From positions 12,396,587-12,460,586 of the forward strand of contig CM120648.1 in NCBI GenBank assembly GCA_051362555.1: a stretch of 64,000 bases of DNA, in the 5' to 3' direction. Numbering within the stretch: the stretch's first letter is position 1; every line of letters starts with the position of its first letter. Under the pieces are notes generated by a model that saw nothing but the letters and a program-made list of their open reading frames with translations, had not been told where the DNA came from and did not search any database. This DNA is from Lingula anatina. Its lineage: Eukaryota; Animalia; Brachiopoda. The translations under genes were made by a program, and so were the position numbers. Below, one piece after another: positions 1 to 13,773 of this stretch.

Positions 1-547
1 TGAGTGTCAAGGTGGGTGAGCTTTGCAAAGAAAAAGATTGAACCCACATGCTTGAAGATTTAACATGTAGTATGTTTTAACTATTGTGATAAGGCTAATT
101 GTCAGTTTTGCTCTTGCATTGGTTCAAATGGTTACAGGATATGTATCTTTCAGTATTGGTGCCCCAGTTCCATTAAAATGCCAGAGTAGAATGTCAGTTA
201 AAGCTATTCTTGTCATATTTAAGAAATGTTAAGCATCTTTAAGTTTAGAAATGATATGGCTAGACACAAATATTAACTTTGTCATGTTAACAAATCTCAA
301 TCATATTGATAATTACCTAAAAAATTACCAATTTGTAAGTAATATGGTAGCAGAATGTTTGTTGAAAAGGAATCAAACCCTTTGGGCAACTCTCTTATTA
401 TTTGATAGAAAATTAAGCCCAATATATTTTCCCCATCAATATTTATTTTAACTTGAATCAGTTTTGCACCAGTCTACTGCAGTTCACTCATTTTTTGAAG
501 TCATCCATGACATCATATGCTTTATGCCATGTGTAATTGTGTTTTAG

Positions 548-730
548 TGTCAAAAATTGGGCCTGGACGCAATGAGTAGTTCCCACCAACTGCAAGTGCC
601 CCAGCTCATTTCAGCAGAAGGGGGGAGTGATGAGACACCACCGTGTATGGTCGGCAGCTTTGCTTTACCTCCTGTTCAAAATATGCTTAGTGATGGTCAT
701 GAGAGTATGTCTGCTGCAGTTAATTTGCAG
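548..730 (+). CDS. Polycystin-1-like gene, internal exon (extracellular REJ/GAIN region)
   Basis: ttttag|TGT...TTGCAG|gtatag; open 61 codons (CQKLGLDAM...SFALPPVQ...AVNLQ); phase 0 joins the next exon. Confidence 0.7.
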
Positions 731-1091
731 GTATAGCTGTTTTTTTTTTATTTAATTTTGTTTTGTTTACTATGTGCCTTTAAGGCAGGGATGTAGGTTA
801 GATTTTATCTTAAAATAAAAGTGTCAACTTTTTTTTATTCCTGTTACATTCATTTAATGGATCTTTGAAACATGCAATTATATGCTTGAAACACAGCTCC
901 ATGTATGTGTATGGAGAGGGAGGGGTATTGTTATGATCAAAGACAGGTTTGTTTCCTTGATGTTATTTAACTTTTTCATTTAACAATGTAAATGCTTTCA
1001 GAGAGCTCTGTTTATATATGATTCCTTGAACATAGGTATATTTTAGTATCTAACAGTAAAATGGGTGTTTATTTATTGATTTATTTATCAG

Positions 1092-1242
1092 ATATTCTAC
1101 ATGCCGGAGAATCCATTCACCTGGGATGTTTCAGCTCAAGATGTCACCTCCGGCTGCTCTGGTATTGAAATGACTATAGATGGCGCTAGGTCCCAGCTCA
1201 ACTGGCTACCAGTACCAATGGATATTTACATCCCTGTTGGAA
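1092..1242 (+). CDS. Polycystin-1-like exon (GAIN region)
   Basis: tatcag|ATA...GGA A|gtaag; IFYMPENPFTWDVSAQDVTSG...LPVPMDIYIP; NPF(T)W motif typical of the PKD1-family GAIN region. Confidence 0.85.
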
Positions 1243-1548
1243 GTAAGAAACTAAAAGATGTTGTGTAGACTAGTGACTTATTGTTACAAAATATTGCATG
1301 AAAGGGATTCATTCTGATTGCACTTTTGATATTTTGTCTTAAATGCCAAATTTTAGCTTTTCATTTTTTTATTCTATCAGAACATTTTATGCAGACATTT
1401 TCCATGCTATATAAAAAAAACTTTGCTAGGCAATTGATTTTGAGTGAACATGTAGCAAGTTTGTTGATGGCCTCAGTTGGGAACAGGTCTACATGAGATT
1501 TAAACAATACCATTAAAGACTTTTTAAAATCTTAAGCCTTTATTCTAG

Positions 1549-1739
1549 AGGCTGACATGAACTGTGGTATCACCACCCTCCAACTTGAAGGAGGGACTAA
1601 CGGGACCATGGAGGACGTCATTTACTTCAAGTTTGATGCTGAGACCAACAAATCACATCAGATCACCATCTGGCCAGTAGACAATAATACCACCCTGCAA
1701 GTTTACCTGAAAGCCAATGCCAGGCCTAGCAAGGAAGAG
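1549..1739 (+). CDS. Polycystin-1-like exon (GAIN region)
   Basis: ttctag|AG GCT GAC ATG...GAA GAG|gtatg; LQVYLKANARPS; phase 1 in, phase 0 out. Confidence 0.8.
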
Positions 1740-2312
1740 GTATGCTGCTTAGTCAGTGCATTTATGTGTAACCAAAAAAGAGTTATGATAAATTTTTAAT
1801 ATATTTTTTCACAGATATGCTCTTTCTGAAGTAAATTATGTGGTCAGTTATTGTTGAATTATAAGTATTGAATAGGTACTTGATTTTTTTATGTACAGAC
1901 ACAGATGTGTCTGTACATATAGCCATCATCTGCGTCTGTCGTCGCCGTCGTCGCCGTCGCCGTGCACTTTTACCGATAACACGATAAGTGGAAAACCATT
2001 TTACCTTTTGACTTGAAACTTGCAGAACTGATGAATATTCATAATACGCAGGTCAAGTTCGAAAATCAGCATGATTGGGTCACTTTTAGGGAATTTATGC
2101 TGTTTTTTTACTTTTTTCAGCATATATGCAGCACTGATAACACGATAAGTGGAAAACCATTTTACCTTTTGACTTGAAACTTACAGAACTGATGAATATT
2201 AATAATACGCAGGTCAAGTTCGAAAATCAGCATGATTGGGCCATTTTTAGGGAATTTATGCAGTTTTTTCACTTTTTTCAATATAAATGCAACACTGATA
2301 ACACAATATAAG

Positions 2313-3290
2313 AACAAGGCAGCAAAGCTGTCAAATGTACAGACAAAAAGCAGGAAATAACAAAATAGGCTACTGTCAATTCTGATGCAAAAGTACATTA
2401 TGTTAAACTGCAAATTCAACATCAAATTTTAATTATGCTCCACAGGTAATACCAATGTAAGTAAAATGTGAAACAAGTATAAGGGTTCAGGCCCATGGGA
2501 GTTCAAGTTCACACTTTGAAAATGTAAAACTTCCAGAAAAAGAAGTCAATTAGACTGCTTTTCCAACTCAGGCTGCATTTTAGTCCTGTATTTCTTTTTT
2601 GAAAGTTTGGCAATCATTAGTAACATGGTTTTCCCATAATGGTCATCATGGCAGCAGCACCCAAAATTGTGTTTTCTTCTATTCTGATGCAATATTACAT
2701 AATGGTTAACAGCATAATGACAATCAATTTTTAATAACAAAATATATGTATCATGGATTTTCAGAAAATGTGACTAGCCTGGGTCTTCAAGCCTGTGGAA
2801 CTTCAAAGTCACACCTTGAAAATGCCAATATGTGAAAAATTAAATTTTCACAAAAAAAAAACTGTTTAACTGGCAGATTGCATTGCCTACTGAAGCTGTA
2901 TTTTAGTCCCATGTTTCTTTCCTGTAAGCACAGTAAGTGACATGGTTTTTCTTAAAAGGTAATCATGGGAGCAGTGCCCAAAATAGGTTTTTTCAAATTT
3001 TGATGCAATATTACATAATGTTTAACAGCATAATGACCATCAATTTTTAATAATAAAATATTAGTATCATGGATATTCAGAAAATGTGACTAGCAAAGGT
3101 CTTCAGGCCCATGGAACTTCAAAGTCACAACTTGAAAATGCCAAAATGTAAACAAGACGGCACTGTTCTGAAATGTTTTTTTCCCCATTTTTAACAATTT
3201 TTAAGTGCCAGTTTTTTTAAGCACCAGACAAGTGCGGCAAGGTGGGGGTTCACAGAATTTGACCTTATTGGGCTGAAATACTTGCCTGAG
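2313..3290 (-). mobile_element. Inverted partial copy of the same HINE-like family
   Basis: aacaaggcagcaaagctgtcaaatgtacagac is the reverse complement of the 3' end at 13095-13128; its body matches ~9270-11440 in reverse. Confidence 0.7.
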
Positions 3291-5099
3291 GACCCTTTTA
3301 ACTTCTGCCAAATGTTATGCCATAAAACTGTATTACAGGGGATTTATGCCCAATTTTCTGTTTTTCCAGCTTTCGAAGCAGATTTTCAGTTATCATACAC
3401 GTCACTCATATATATGCTTAGTATACTCTTATCTAGTAATATATTTACTATGTACATGTATGATGTATTTTGTTGATCAATATTCTTCCCCCCAAGACAT
3501 TCAAACTAAAAATATAACCCACCTTGTCCACACTGTACCCACTTTTTTTACCCCACCCCCCAAAACTAAGTTTACACATGGCGATTTTCAGAGGGTCATA
3601 TACCCACTAGTAGAGGTCCTATGGCTGTCAAACCTGTATGGGTTTGTAAAGGAACATTAAAAATATAAAGTAAAAAGGAGATCCTCGTGGCCTTTTCTTT
3701 TGTTGGCGATATATTTTAATATTAAAATATCCGAAAATTGTAAAATTTGGATGGGTGTTGCTCTTGTCTTGGCCAGTAATACCTGCTCAATTACTCTAAT
3801 CACGGCAGAATTGAACAATAGACTTTACAAGAATAGGCAATTGCCCTATAACAGAGCCTACCTTTGGGATTTAAACAGTCATATTCATATTTTGATGACT
3901 TGTGATAGAAATTTATGTAGCTTTGGTCAAGACATAAACCCTTTTTGGTCAAGACATAAACCGTCATATTCATATTTTGATGACTTGTGATAGAAATTTA
4001 TGTAGCTTTGGTCAAGACATAAACCCTTTTCAACCTGCTACTTGGCCTCAAGTTTTTACCCTTTGCTCAATAGCTTCCATCTGGATTGTACACCTGGGAA
4101 TGGTATTCCCTGTAACACTGTAGCTTACAAAATTAATTAAAAATATTTTTAGCCAAATTAAAAAATTATTCAGAAAATAAAACGACAAAAAAACCACATT
4201 TTTCTTACATTTAATCATATAAAGAAAACTGTATTCCTTTAACATTTCTCTTGATCTACTACTACTACAATTATTGGACACAAGTGGGCACCAATCACAC
4301 ACACAGCTTTTAATCAATCAACAATGTTTCATAATGCAATCATCTCTTTATTGGATCTTTAAAGTTTAAGTATAAATAAGCAAATTATTTGAAAGTGTAG
4401 CAAACAATTCAAATCTTCATACTGGAAAATATGTATTACCAATAACTTAATAAATGGGTGGAAGGCATTGTAACTGCCATTCAAGACTACTCCTGTCACC
4501 CTTAACTGAATAAGACACCGACAAAGTTTTGACTCAAGACTTAAGTGAATGTTTCAAAAAAAAAGTAAGGTTGATTTTCATTCTACAAGAACATCAAAGT
4601 AATGCAAATCTATATTATCCAACTGAATCCCCTTCCTGAGAAGAATGAAGAAATAAGTTGAACTTCTGTAACGGTGTAATTCATGGATTATTTTGCACTA
4701 CTCAGGACCAGGAACATATATTGCTGCTTCCAAATATTTAAGTCAAACTGATCTTTTGCTCCAAGGAATAAAATTATATGATATTCCATATCAATATCTC
4801 AGTAAGATCTTATCCCATTTAAAGGTGGCATTCACGGATATCTTCAGTAAAATGAAACAGAAAAAAGCAGACATGATCCTAGGTTTCAAAAAAAATAAAT
4901 AAATAAATAAATAAATAAAAAAAGAACTCCGAACATTTATCAAGGGACTCAACACCTAAGCGGCCAGAGGTCCGGGACACCTTGAATTGAATTAAAAAAT
5001 GCGGAATTCCACGTCTCTGGGGCAAAAATTCATGTCTGAAAAACTCCTTGTAAAAAAAGGTCATCGAAAAGTGTCAGTTTTCATCATTTAATGAAGCTC

Positions 5100-6400
5100 C
5101 CATAAATTACTGTACTTCCTTATGGGGGATCTCCTTGCTACTTGCTTGGATCATCATGGCTGACATTAGCTATCTGTCAGGTCATTGGTGTCCTTCAACT
5201 GTAGATACAAATACTTGTTCAAAGTAGATAAACGTCAAAAATACATTTCAGTCTGTTGGGCAGTAAGTCAATCCTCTTCACAAAACTTCTTTTTTGGGTG
5301 CTTGGATTAATCACTTTATTTTCTTTGCCATATATCTGATTCCTGGCTGCTCTTTCTGACCAGTCTCCAAACATCTTCTACCTAAAATAACAACAAAAAT
5401 TTATTCTTTAATCTACTGAATGGTTTTAATTTTCAACCAACAAAATTTACCATGAAACCCCATTTTAGGCTACAACTAAGCTTTATTTCATATATATATA
5501 TATGAAGTAAAACTTAGTTGTAGCCTAAAATAATATATATATATATATATATAAAATATTATTCATGTAATTGTGATATGATTGTAACTCTTTTAATCAC
5601 TAGCAATGATCTACAAAAGCAGTATTATTTAGTTGTGAGGGTTCTGTAACTTGTTGCTCATACAAACAAAAAAGTTTACACTGCTAACATGTACAGTACA
5701 AAACATAAGCTCTTTTCACTATATGTAATAACATATTTGCTGTGGTTCTGAGGGTCATGATGCAGATCGAGATAGCAGTATTTAGATGATGACTTAGCTT
5801 CACTTGTCTAATCACTATGCATATTTATTCAAACAACACAGATATCATACCATTATCAACCTTCCGTCTGTATGTGAATTCGGTGTGTTAATTTATTATA
5901 AAGATGTGACGAATGGCAACTTTTTAATTACCTGGGCCCAACGAACTGAACATCTTGGCTTCGTCTTGATAAAAATTTGAATACACTGACTGTGCATGAA
6001 AGCTCCCGCTTGGTCCGAGCAAGGAAAGTCCTACAATAATAACTTGGTCCGAAGTAGTAGTTGACGTGTTCTTGCGACTCCCCAAAGGATCCATAGGATG
6101 TGACGATGCGCAGGACACACGACTGAGTCGAGCTCACTCTCCATTTCCTCTGATGATGACATTGCCTCTCATTAGCCTCTCACTCTGCATGTAACTTTTA
6201 GCATCGGGAGGTGACCCCAATCATCTTAGTCGTATCTCCTGAGTATCGCACAACCTTTCCGTCTTTGTAACGGTCTACAGAACAACAAAGTATGGGCTTT
6301 GCTGCTTGAAATTCGGAAAATCTGCAGTGCATTTATCGCACGTCTTCCACCACTGCTACTTGAAACTGTCATGGCCGCCTACACGAATTTAGTTTCGAAT
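5100..6400 (-). pseudogene. Decayed, internally deleted, intron-containing transposase-like remnant (tentatively Sola3-like)
   Basis: Broken minus-strand frames VCPAHRHIL.ILW and ETGQKEQP...KKKF.EED*LTAQQ..YF*RL, with splice-like ends; the family call is from recalled motifs only. Confidence 0.4.
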
Positions 6401-7054
6401 GCATGTTAACCCCCGTATTTGAACATATACTTATTATCATATACTTATCATATACTTATTATCCAGGAATCAATAAATAAAAACTACAGAAGACTATTTC
6501 AGTTAATTAGTCCCTAACTAACGTTGAAATTAACTTAAACATTCTTGAATGCAAATCGAAACTGTGGGAAGCAAAAAATGCTTTACGATAATATAGCCAG
6601 AAAATAGAAGAATTTGCTTCGCTGTTGCAAAATTTGTAGGCAAAAGGCCACGCCAGTGTATTAATTTATGGTAGGCCCCTTGTCCATATTTTCAGTAAAT
6701 ATCAGTGTAATTATCTAAGGTGCTCTACTAGTGGAGATATAAGGCTATTGACAGGGTGGGTATCTGCGGAAGTCATCAAGTGACCTCAAATAACCTCGGT
6801 AGTTTGTAACCATAGCAACGGATTTATGATATAAATCTCTGTCGTAATAAAGATTATATATCCATCTTTCAATTTTGGTATTGACCGAAATAATGAATTG
6901 ATCACTTGATGCACATTTGTGAAGCAAACTTCGGTGAAAAATACACCACTCACACAGCTGAAAAGTGAGACGGGAGCCACGCGAGGCAGTGGAATATTCA
7001 TGTGGCTGTATCTCGACAATAACGCAACGGAAAGCTTTAATATTTTACAGTTAA

Positions 7055-9239
7055 GGTAGTCCTCTCATATTAGCTTTTTTTGCGATCTGCGCAGGTTTCG
7101 CGCATGAGTAGTTTTTTGAGATAGCGGCTAATTATGAAAATAAAACATGCAATAAAATACGTAATTCATCTTTTTAAGAAATCTGTATGAAATCTTTGAT
7201 GTTATTTTGGTCGAAGCGCTACGAATATGTCAACTATGCGTTGCGTATGAGTGAACGCTTGGTCTTTTACGACGTAAAGTACCCACTTGCGACTTTGTTT
7301 ACAAATACCGCATGTAAGAAGTTACGCGAAGAAGGGATTGAAAAGAGCGTTTTAGTAAGGCTTGTATAGCAGTGACATGATCTTATCTCACGGAAAACAT
7401 TCACAAGGGCTTGTATTTTGACCACAAAGTGTATTGCGGAGATTTGTCATATGGTTACGATGTGTGCAACAAGACATTGCCTTCTTCAGCATTGGTTTCC
7501 GATCACCCAGGGCCAAGTTACCGTGATTTGTATGCTGAAAACAATTCTCTTCTTTCACAATAAGTTAAAATAATTAGACTCATGGCGTTTTGTTGTTGAT
7601 TTAAGTATGTTATTGAACAATATGACCTGCAAACAGTGCGATTTTCAGCTCTCCAGAAAAGATGCAACCGGTGTGCACCCGCCTGGCGTGTTGCGACGTC
7701 ATTCTTGTAATGGTTTTGTTAAAGTGCAAATGGACAAAACCATAAAACACACAACAGAGGACCAAGGGTTTTTATGCAGATACATGCAATACTTTTTTGA
7801 TGCTAGGAAAATAAACAGTATATTTTAGAAGATAAAGTGTACTTTATTCCAACTTTATCCTAATTTACCCAATCATAAACAAGAGACTTTAGTTTGTAAA
7901 TTTATTACTTCACAGAAATTATTCAGCCCATAATGCATTAAAATATAGTCTTGAGTTACAAAATTTAGTTAATTTTTGCAATGATGAAAGTGAAGAAAAT
8001 CCTCTTTTCTGATTTTTTATTTCATCCCATTCAATTAACAAAATCCTGTGTTCAACCTTTAGCAAATTCTACATAATACCTAGTTTATAATAATAATTTC
8101 TTCATGTTTAGGGGGAAAATCAAGATGTCGTGGTTAATATATCAGCATTTGCACATGTCATTTCAAAGAGGTCTAGATGGTCTTTATTGTCTTCTATATG
8201 TAAAATTAATCTAAACACAAAAAAGAGTAACAGAATGTATAAAGTAATAAGAAAAATGCATGTAGGATGTCTTTAATGCCTAAATTTTAAAAATGTATGA
8301 ATATTTATTATATATATTTATTTGATTTCATGTTGTAAATATAATATTAAAATCGAAATAAACTGATAACCAAAAGATGTCTTCAGACGAATATTCTAAC
8401 TTTTTTGCCACCTAGTTTCCAAAGCACGTTTGTCAAGAAATATGGCTACATGTAACGTACCAGTAGTAAGAAATTGATACATTGTTTAAACAATGTATAT
8501 TAAAATATACAAAGCAAACAATCTATCAAGCTATCTCAATGTTAAAAATGTATAAAACAGTAATATAAGAAAAAAGGAATAGGAAGATATAAAAGTCACA
8601 AGAGATTGATACATGTGCTTGTAGGTCCAGCCTATGAAAAATCCAATATGGCGGCATTCCATGAGGCATACTGAAATCCAACTGATACTTTCAACATTAA
8701 TATCTATTTATTATGAATGGGATAAGCAAACTTTATGAAATTTGGTTAGCTGATGCAGAGAAGTATAAATATAATTTTCATGGAAGCAAAATAAATGTAT
8801 GAGTTAAAAAACCCACGATACAAAACACATTTATTTAAATTTGCTTGGAAATTTCCATTGATTCCTATGTAAATTTGATAAAAATCGATGTTCAAGCAGC
8901 CCTGGCTCAAAAACAAGCATGGTGTGGTACATATTTTTTTGTAAATTTCTTTGAGGTCTACCAAGATCTATAACATATCCACATAAAATTAAAATCGCTA
9001 GGGCAGAATTTTTTATTTTTGCATTTTTCAGCAAAATTAAGGGCATTTTGGCAAAATCCCCATATAACGCAATGTAATAAACGTAGCGTTTTTCGGGACG
9101 CCACCTCTCGAAAACGAGCGTGGTGACCCCCAATTTTTTTTTCATATTTTTTACTCATATGGTAAGAAGATTTTGTCTTACAATTTTAATCAAAATCGCT
9201 AGGGCAGAAATATGAAATCTTAAATATGAGAGAGCGTCC
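7055..9239. mobile_element. Kolobok-like non-autonomous DNA transposon
   Basis: TTAA on both flanks; imperfect TIRs ggtagtcctctcatatt / aatatgagagagcgtcc. Confidence 0.6.
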
Positions 9240-9349
9240 TTAAATTAAGGTCACAAAGGTGATTAACTGTGGGCAAAATGAGTGTATTCTGTGAGAACCC
9301 CACCTTGCCGCTTTTTGGCTGATTTGCCTGGTGGTTAGAAAAACTTGCA

Positions 9350-9867
9350 CTTAACATAAAATAAAATTAACAGTTTACTGCCATTTTTATATGATCAACT
9401 AAGAAAATTGATGAGATGAGAAAAATATCAATAGAGCAGTGTTAAATGTCCAATTTCTTCCATTCTGAGATTCTGAACATAGTGAATGATTGAATCTGAC
9501 AAACTGCAATGATATGAGTTTATTTCCATTTTTGAAACTTTATTACACAATATACGATAACATGTTTACCATCATTTTTACAAAATCAACTAACAATGTT
9601 GTAAAGATGCAGGAAATGTCAAACAAACACTTTCACGTATCTGATATTTCCTGCATCTTTACAACATTGTTAGTTGATTATGTAAAAAACATTGTAAACT
9701 TGTTATCATTGCAGTTTGTCAGATTCAATCGTCCACTATGTTCAGAATCTCAGATTGGAGGAAATTGGACATTTAACACTGTTCTATTGATACTTTTCCC
9801 ATCTCATCAATTTTCTTAGTTGGTCATATAAAAATGGGAGTAAAATGTTTATTTTGTTTTATGTTAA
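9350..9867. repeat. ~500 bp foldback inverted repeat
   Basis: 9380-9520 is the reverse complement of ~9700-9840; 9585-9620 is the reverse complement of 9643-9678. Confidence 0.8.
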
Positions 9868-9925
9868 AAAAAGTGTTAAAAATGGAAATAAACCCATTTC
9901 AGAACAGTGCTGTCTTGTTTACATT

Positions 9926-10980
9926 TTGGCATTTTCAAGATGTGACTTTGAAGTTCCATGGGCCTGAAGACCTTTGCTAGTCACATTTTCTGAATATCCA
10001 TTATACTCATATTTTATAATTAAAAATTGATGGTCATTATGCAGTTAAACATTATGTAATATTGCATCAAAATTTGAAGAAACCCCTATTTTGGGCACTG
10101 CTCCCATGATGACCATTTAAGGAAAATCATGTCACTTACTGTTCTCAAACTTACAGGAAAGAAACATGGGACTAAAATATAGCTTCAGTAGGCAATGCAG
10201 TCTGTTTGGTAATTTTTTCTGGCAGTTAAACAGTTTTTTTGTGAAAATTTAATTTTTCACATGTTGGCATTTTCAAGGTGTGACTTTGAAGTTCCATGAT
10301 CCTGAAGACCTTTGCTAGTCATGTTTTCTGAATGTCCATGTTACTAATATTTTATTAATAACATTTGATGGTTATTATGCTGTTAAACATTATGTAACGT
10401 TGCATCAAAATTTGAAGAAACCCCTATTTAGGGCACTGCTCCTATGATGACCATTTAAGGGAAATCATGTCACTTGCTGTTCTCAAACTTACAGGAAAGA
10501 AACATGGGTCTAACATACAGCTTCAGTAGGCAATGCAGTCTGTTTGGTAAATTTTTCTGGCAATTTAACAGTTTTTTGTGAAAAATTAATTTTTCACTTA
10601 TTGGCATTTTCAAGGTGTGACTTTGAAGTTCCATGATCCTGAAGACCTTTGCTTGTCACATTTTCTGAATGTCCATGTTACTAATATTCTATTATTAAAA
10701 ATTGATGGTCATTATGCTGTTAAGCATTATGTAATGTTGCATCAAAATAGAAGAAAACACAATTTTTGGTGCTGCTGCCATGATGACCATTATGGGAAAA
10801 CCGTGTTACTTATGATTGTCAAACTTTCAAAAAAGAAACACATGACTTAAATGCAGCCCGTGTTGGAAAAGCAGTCTAATTGGCTTCGTTTTCTGGAAGT
10901 TATACATTTTAGTGAAATATTCATTATCTTTTTGGCATATTCATTGTGGGACTCAGAGCTCCCATGGACATGAAGCCGTA
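9926..10980 (+). repeat. ~338 bp tandem units (about 3 copies) inside the HINE-like element
   Basis: ttggcattttcaag(a/g)tgtgactttgaagttccatg at 9926, 10264 and 10601. Confidence 0.8.
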
Positions 10981-11719
10981 TGGTAATCAGATTTTCTACA
11001 TGTCCATGCTATTTATAGTCAATAATCAAAAATTGGTGTTAATTATTCTATAATTTATTATGTAATGTTACACCAAAATTGACAATAATCTTTTTGCACT
11101 GCTACTGCAAACATTATGAAAAAAAAAACTGTGTTTATTATTATATTTAACTTATAAGTATGATTTTTAGGATTGGCATGTAGTTCAAATTAGAAAGCCA
11201 GGTCAGTTGGGTTATCATTTATTATTGAATTTTATGCAATTTTGTGTGAAATTTTCATTTTTCTTATTCTGGCACTTTCTAAGCATAAACTTGAACTCTG
11301 ATGGGCCTGAAGCCTTATGCTTTTACTTTCGTCGGTGTTACCTGTTGTGCAAAATTAAAATTTAATGTTGACTGTGCAGTTAAACATAATGTATTATTGC
11401 ATCAGAATTGGTAGTCTCCTATTTTGTGCATTATTGTTTTGTGCTTTTCTTAAGTTGTGACTTATGGGCCTGATCAAAGACCTTTGAGAGGGTTAGTCTG
11501 TAAATTTCCCTTGGGTATCACTTAGCTAATTTCAGTGTTATAAAGTCATTTGCCTAATTGATAGGCCATAAAATGAGATTACATAAAGCACACTTGTTGA
11601 TATTTCCCTGTAAACTCCCAAAGGTAAAGCTCTCTGCTAGATTAATAATAAGGAAGCAGTGATAATTATGCAGGTAAATTTTGTTTAATATTGCAAATAA
11701 GTTTTTGATATATATATAT

Positions 11720-12348
11720 AAATTGAAAAATTGCAATCTGTCCAAAATGCTGCAGCACGACTACTGACCAAAATCCCTCTCAGATCAAACATTTCACCCA
11801 TTTTATTCGACCTACATTGGCTTCCTGTATGACAGAGAATTGTTTTTAAATTACTGTTGTTTGTTTTTAAATTCACTAGAGGTGAATGCCCCTCATATTT
11901 TAACTCGATGCTACATCCAAGTACACCCAGTCTCACCAGGTTTACCAGATCCACCTCCACTCCTTGTTTTATCAGAAATGATAATAAAAAAACAACCAAA
12001 ACCTATGGCCACAGGGCATTTTCAATTTCGGCACCAATTTTATGGAATCAATTACCCTCACACATTCGGACTATTGACAGTGTTGAGGTTTTTAAAAAAG
12101 ATTTTAAAACATTCTTATTTGCACAGTATTTTAATTAATATCTTCTCATTTTATCAGAAAAAAAAAGTTTTATTGTTCAGACCATTACTATTTTAACCAG
12201 TTTTAATTATTATTATTATTATTATTATTTTTTTTTTTTACCTTAGCTTTTATTATATATATAATAAGTTGTAATCCTAATAATTTTACCTGTAAACAGC
12301 ACTGAGACGCTAGTGTAGTGCGGTTTTAAGAAATAAATTTTAATTATT

Positions 12349-12365
<17 letters not shown>
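11720..12365 (+). mobile_element. 5'-truncated L2/CR1-type LINE fragment
   Basis: LQSVQNAAARLL...LHWLPV*QRI.FK...RAFS..AP.LWN.LP; (att)n tail; interrupts the HINE sequence compared with the 20160-20250 copy. Confidence 0.85.
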
Positions 12366-12379
<14 letters not shown>

Positions 12380-13604
12380 CAAACTCAAAGATTAAAAGTT
12401 TGAATAGCAGCTTCATTGGAATTATATTTACCTCTGCCAAGGAGGTTATATTTTCACCCCTGTTTGTCTGTCATCAACATAACTCAAAAAGTTATGGACC
12501 GATTTTGCTGAAATTTTCAGGAACTGTCAGAAGTGGGCCAAAGAGGACAATAATCAATAATAATCAACAATTGCTGCCTTGTTAATTTTTTCTCAAACAC
12601 TGGCATTTGTGACTTATAACTTCCATCCACCCGAGGCTCTGCTCATTTTCTGTATTTCCACATAAGCAGTTGTATTGTTTTTTATGTCTTTAAACATTAT
12701 GTTATATTATTTTATGCACTGTCATCATTTTTCAAATATTGAGACTTTCATCATGTGACTTTGGTCTCTCATGGTCCTGAAACTGTAATCTTATTGAAGG
12801 GGTGGATTGAGACCATCTTCTGGGTCTTCCGGAAGACAGTCAGGTTATTAAGTTTATATTGACTGGTATCTATTTTTTTTTCTGTTGGAAGACCATCAAA
12901 ATGGAGGATGGATCAACATAGATACTTTGGAATACTGTCAGAAAATATCTCTGGATCTGCTCCTGTTATTGACCATGTTACCTGTTGTGCATGATTAAAA
13001 TTCAGTGTTGACTGACAGTGCTATTATAAGCATTATTTATTATTGCATCAAAATTGACAAATTGACCTATTTTGCATCTTTTTTTCCTGTTTTTTGTCTG
13101 TACATTTGACAGCTTTGCTGCCTTGTTTCAAAAAGTATGCAGAAATTTAAAAGGATAACAACTGTTCATTTTGACCAAAAATTGAATATTCCTGTGGTAA
13201 ATGACAATTTTCCCACATAAACAATGGTTAATGAATCTATCTCTACATTCAGAGTTAGTCCCTTTTTTTTCTAAAATTTTTTTTTTTTTTTTGTTATGTT
13301 ATAATCTCTTAAGAGATTATTACAGAGTGTAGCTATCTATGGAGGTCACAAGGCACAGGTTTCAGAATAATTTCTACAACTGCCATTTTTGTGGTAAAAT
13401 AAAATATATTATATTTTTGTGAGCTGTTTACAATTATGTATATATTGTGAAATGTAGATTTCACATGTAGAGTTGTTATCCCTTTAATCACTTCAAAAGC
13501 ATAATGCAAAAAATGTAATAAATCAGTGAGTAATTAATTAATATGATCAGTTGCAATTAAATTATGTGAGTACTCATTTAATTTTTTCCTAATTGATTCC
13601 CTAG

Positions 13605-13773
13605 ATTTTAAACAGCACTACACTTATCCCTGTTCCCGAAGAGATGCGTTATCATCATGGCAACCAAAGTGCCAGTGGCTATGCTCTGTTTGTCCCAGAA
13701 AATGAAACCACTGAAGCAGACACTGTATATTACATTGGGATCACTTTATTAAATACCAGTGATTTTGAGAACA
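13605..13773 (+). CDS. Polycystin-1-like exon (GAIN region), following an ~11.9 kb TE-filled intron
   Basis: ccctag|ATT TTA...AAC A|gtgagt; YALFVPE...YYIGI; phases match both neighbours. Confidence 0.8.

Larger units (their letters stand above)
1884..13128 (+). mobile_element. Helentron-like non-autonomous element (HINE type), composite with nested insertions
   Basis: T-run then palindrome atgtacagacac-aga-tgtgtctgtacat and a (gtc/gcc)n microsatellite; 3' sub-TIR gtctgtacat with hairpin gacagc-ttt-gctgcc; the same ends recur at 17420/20850. Confidence 0.65.

Noticed and set aside
3878-4030. 85 bp-offset tandem duplication
   Set aside because: It is real but lies in TE-derived intron sequence away from any exon. 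It shows that background duplications of similar size occur, which is a caveat for the acceptor-echo finding.
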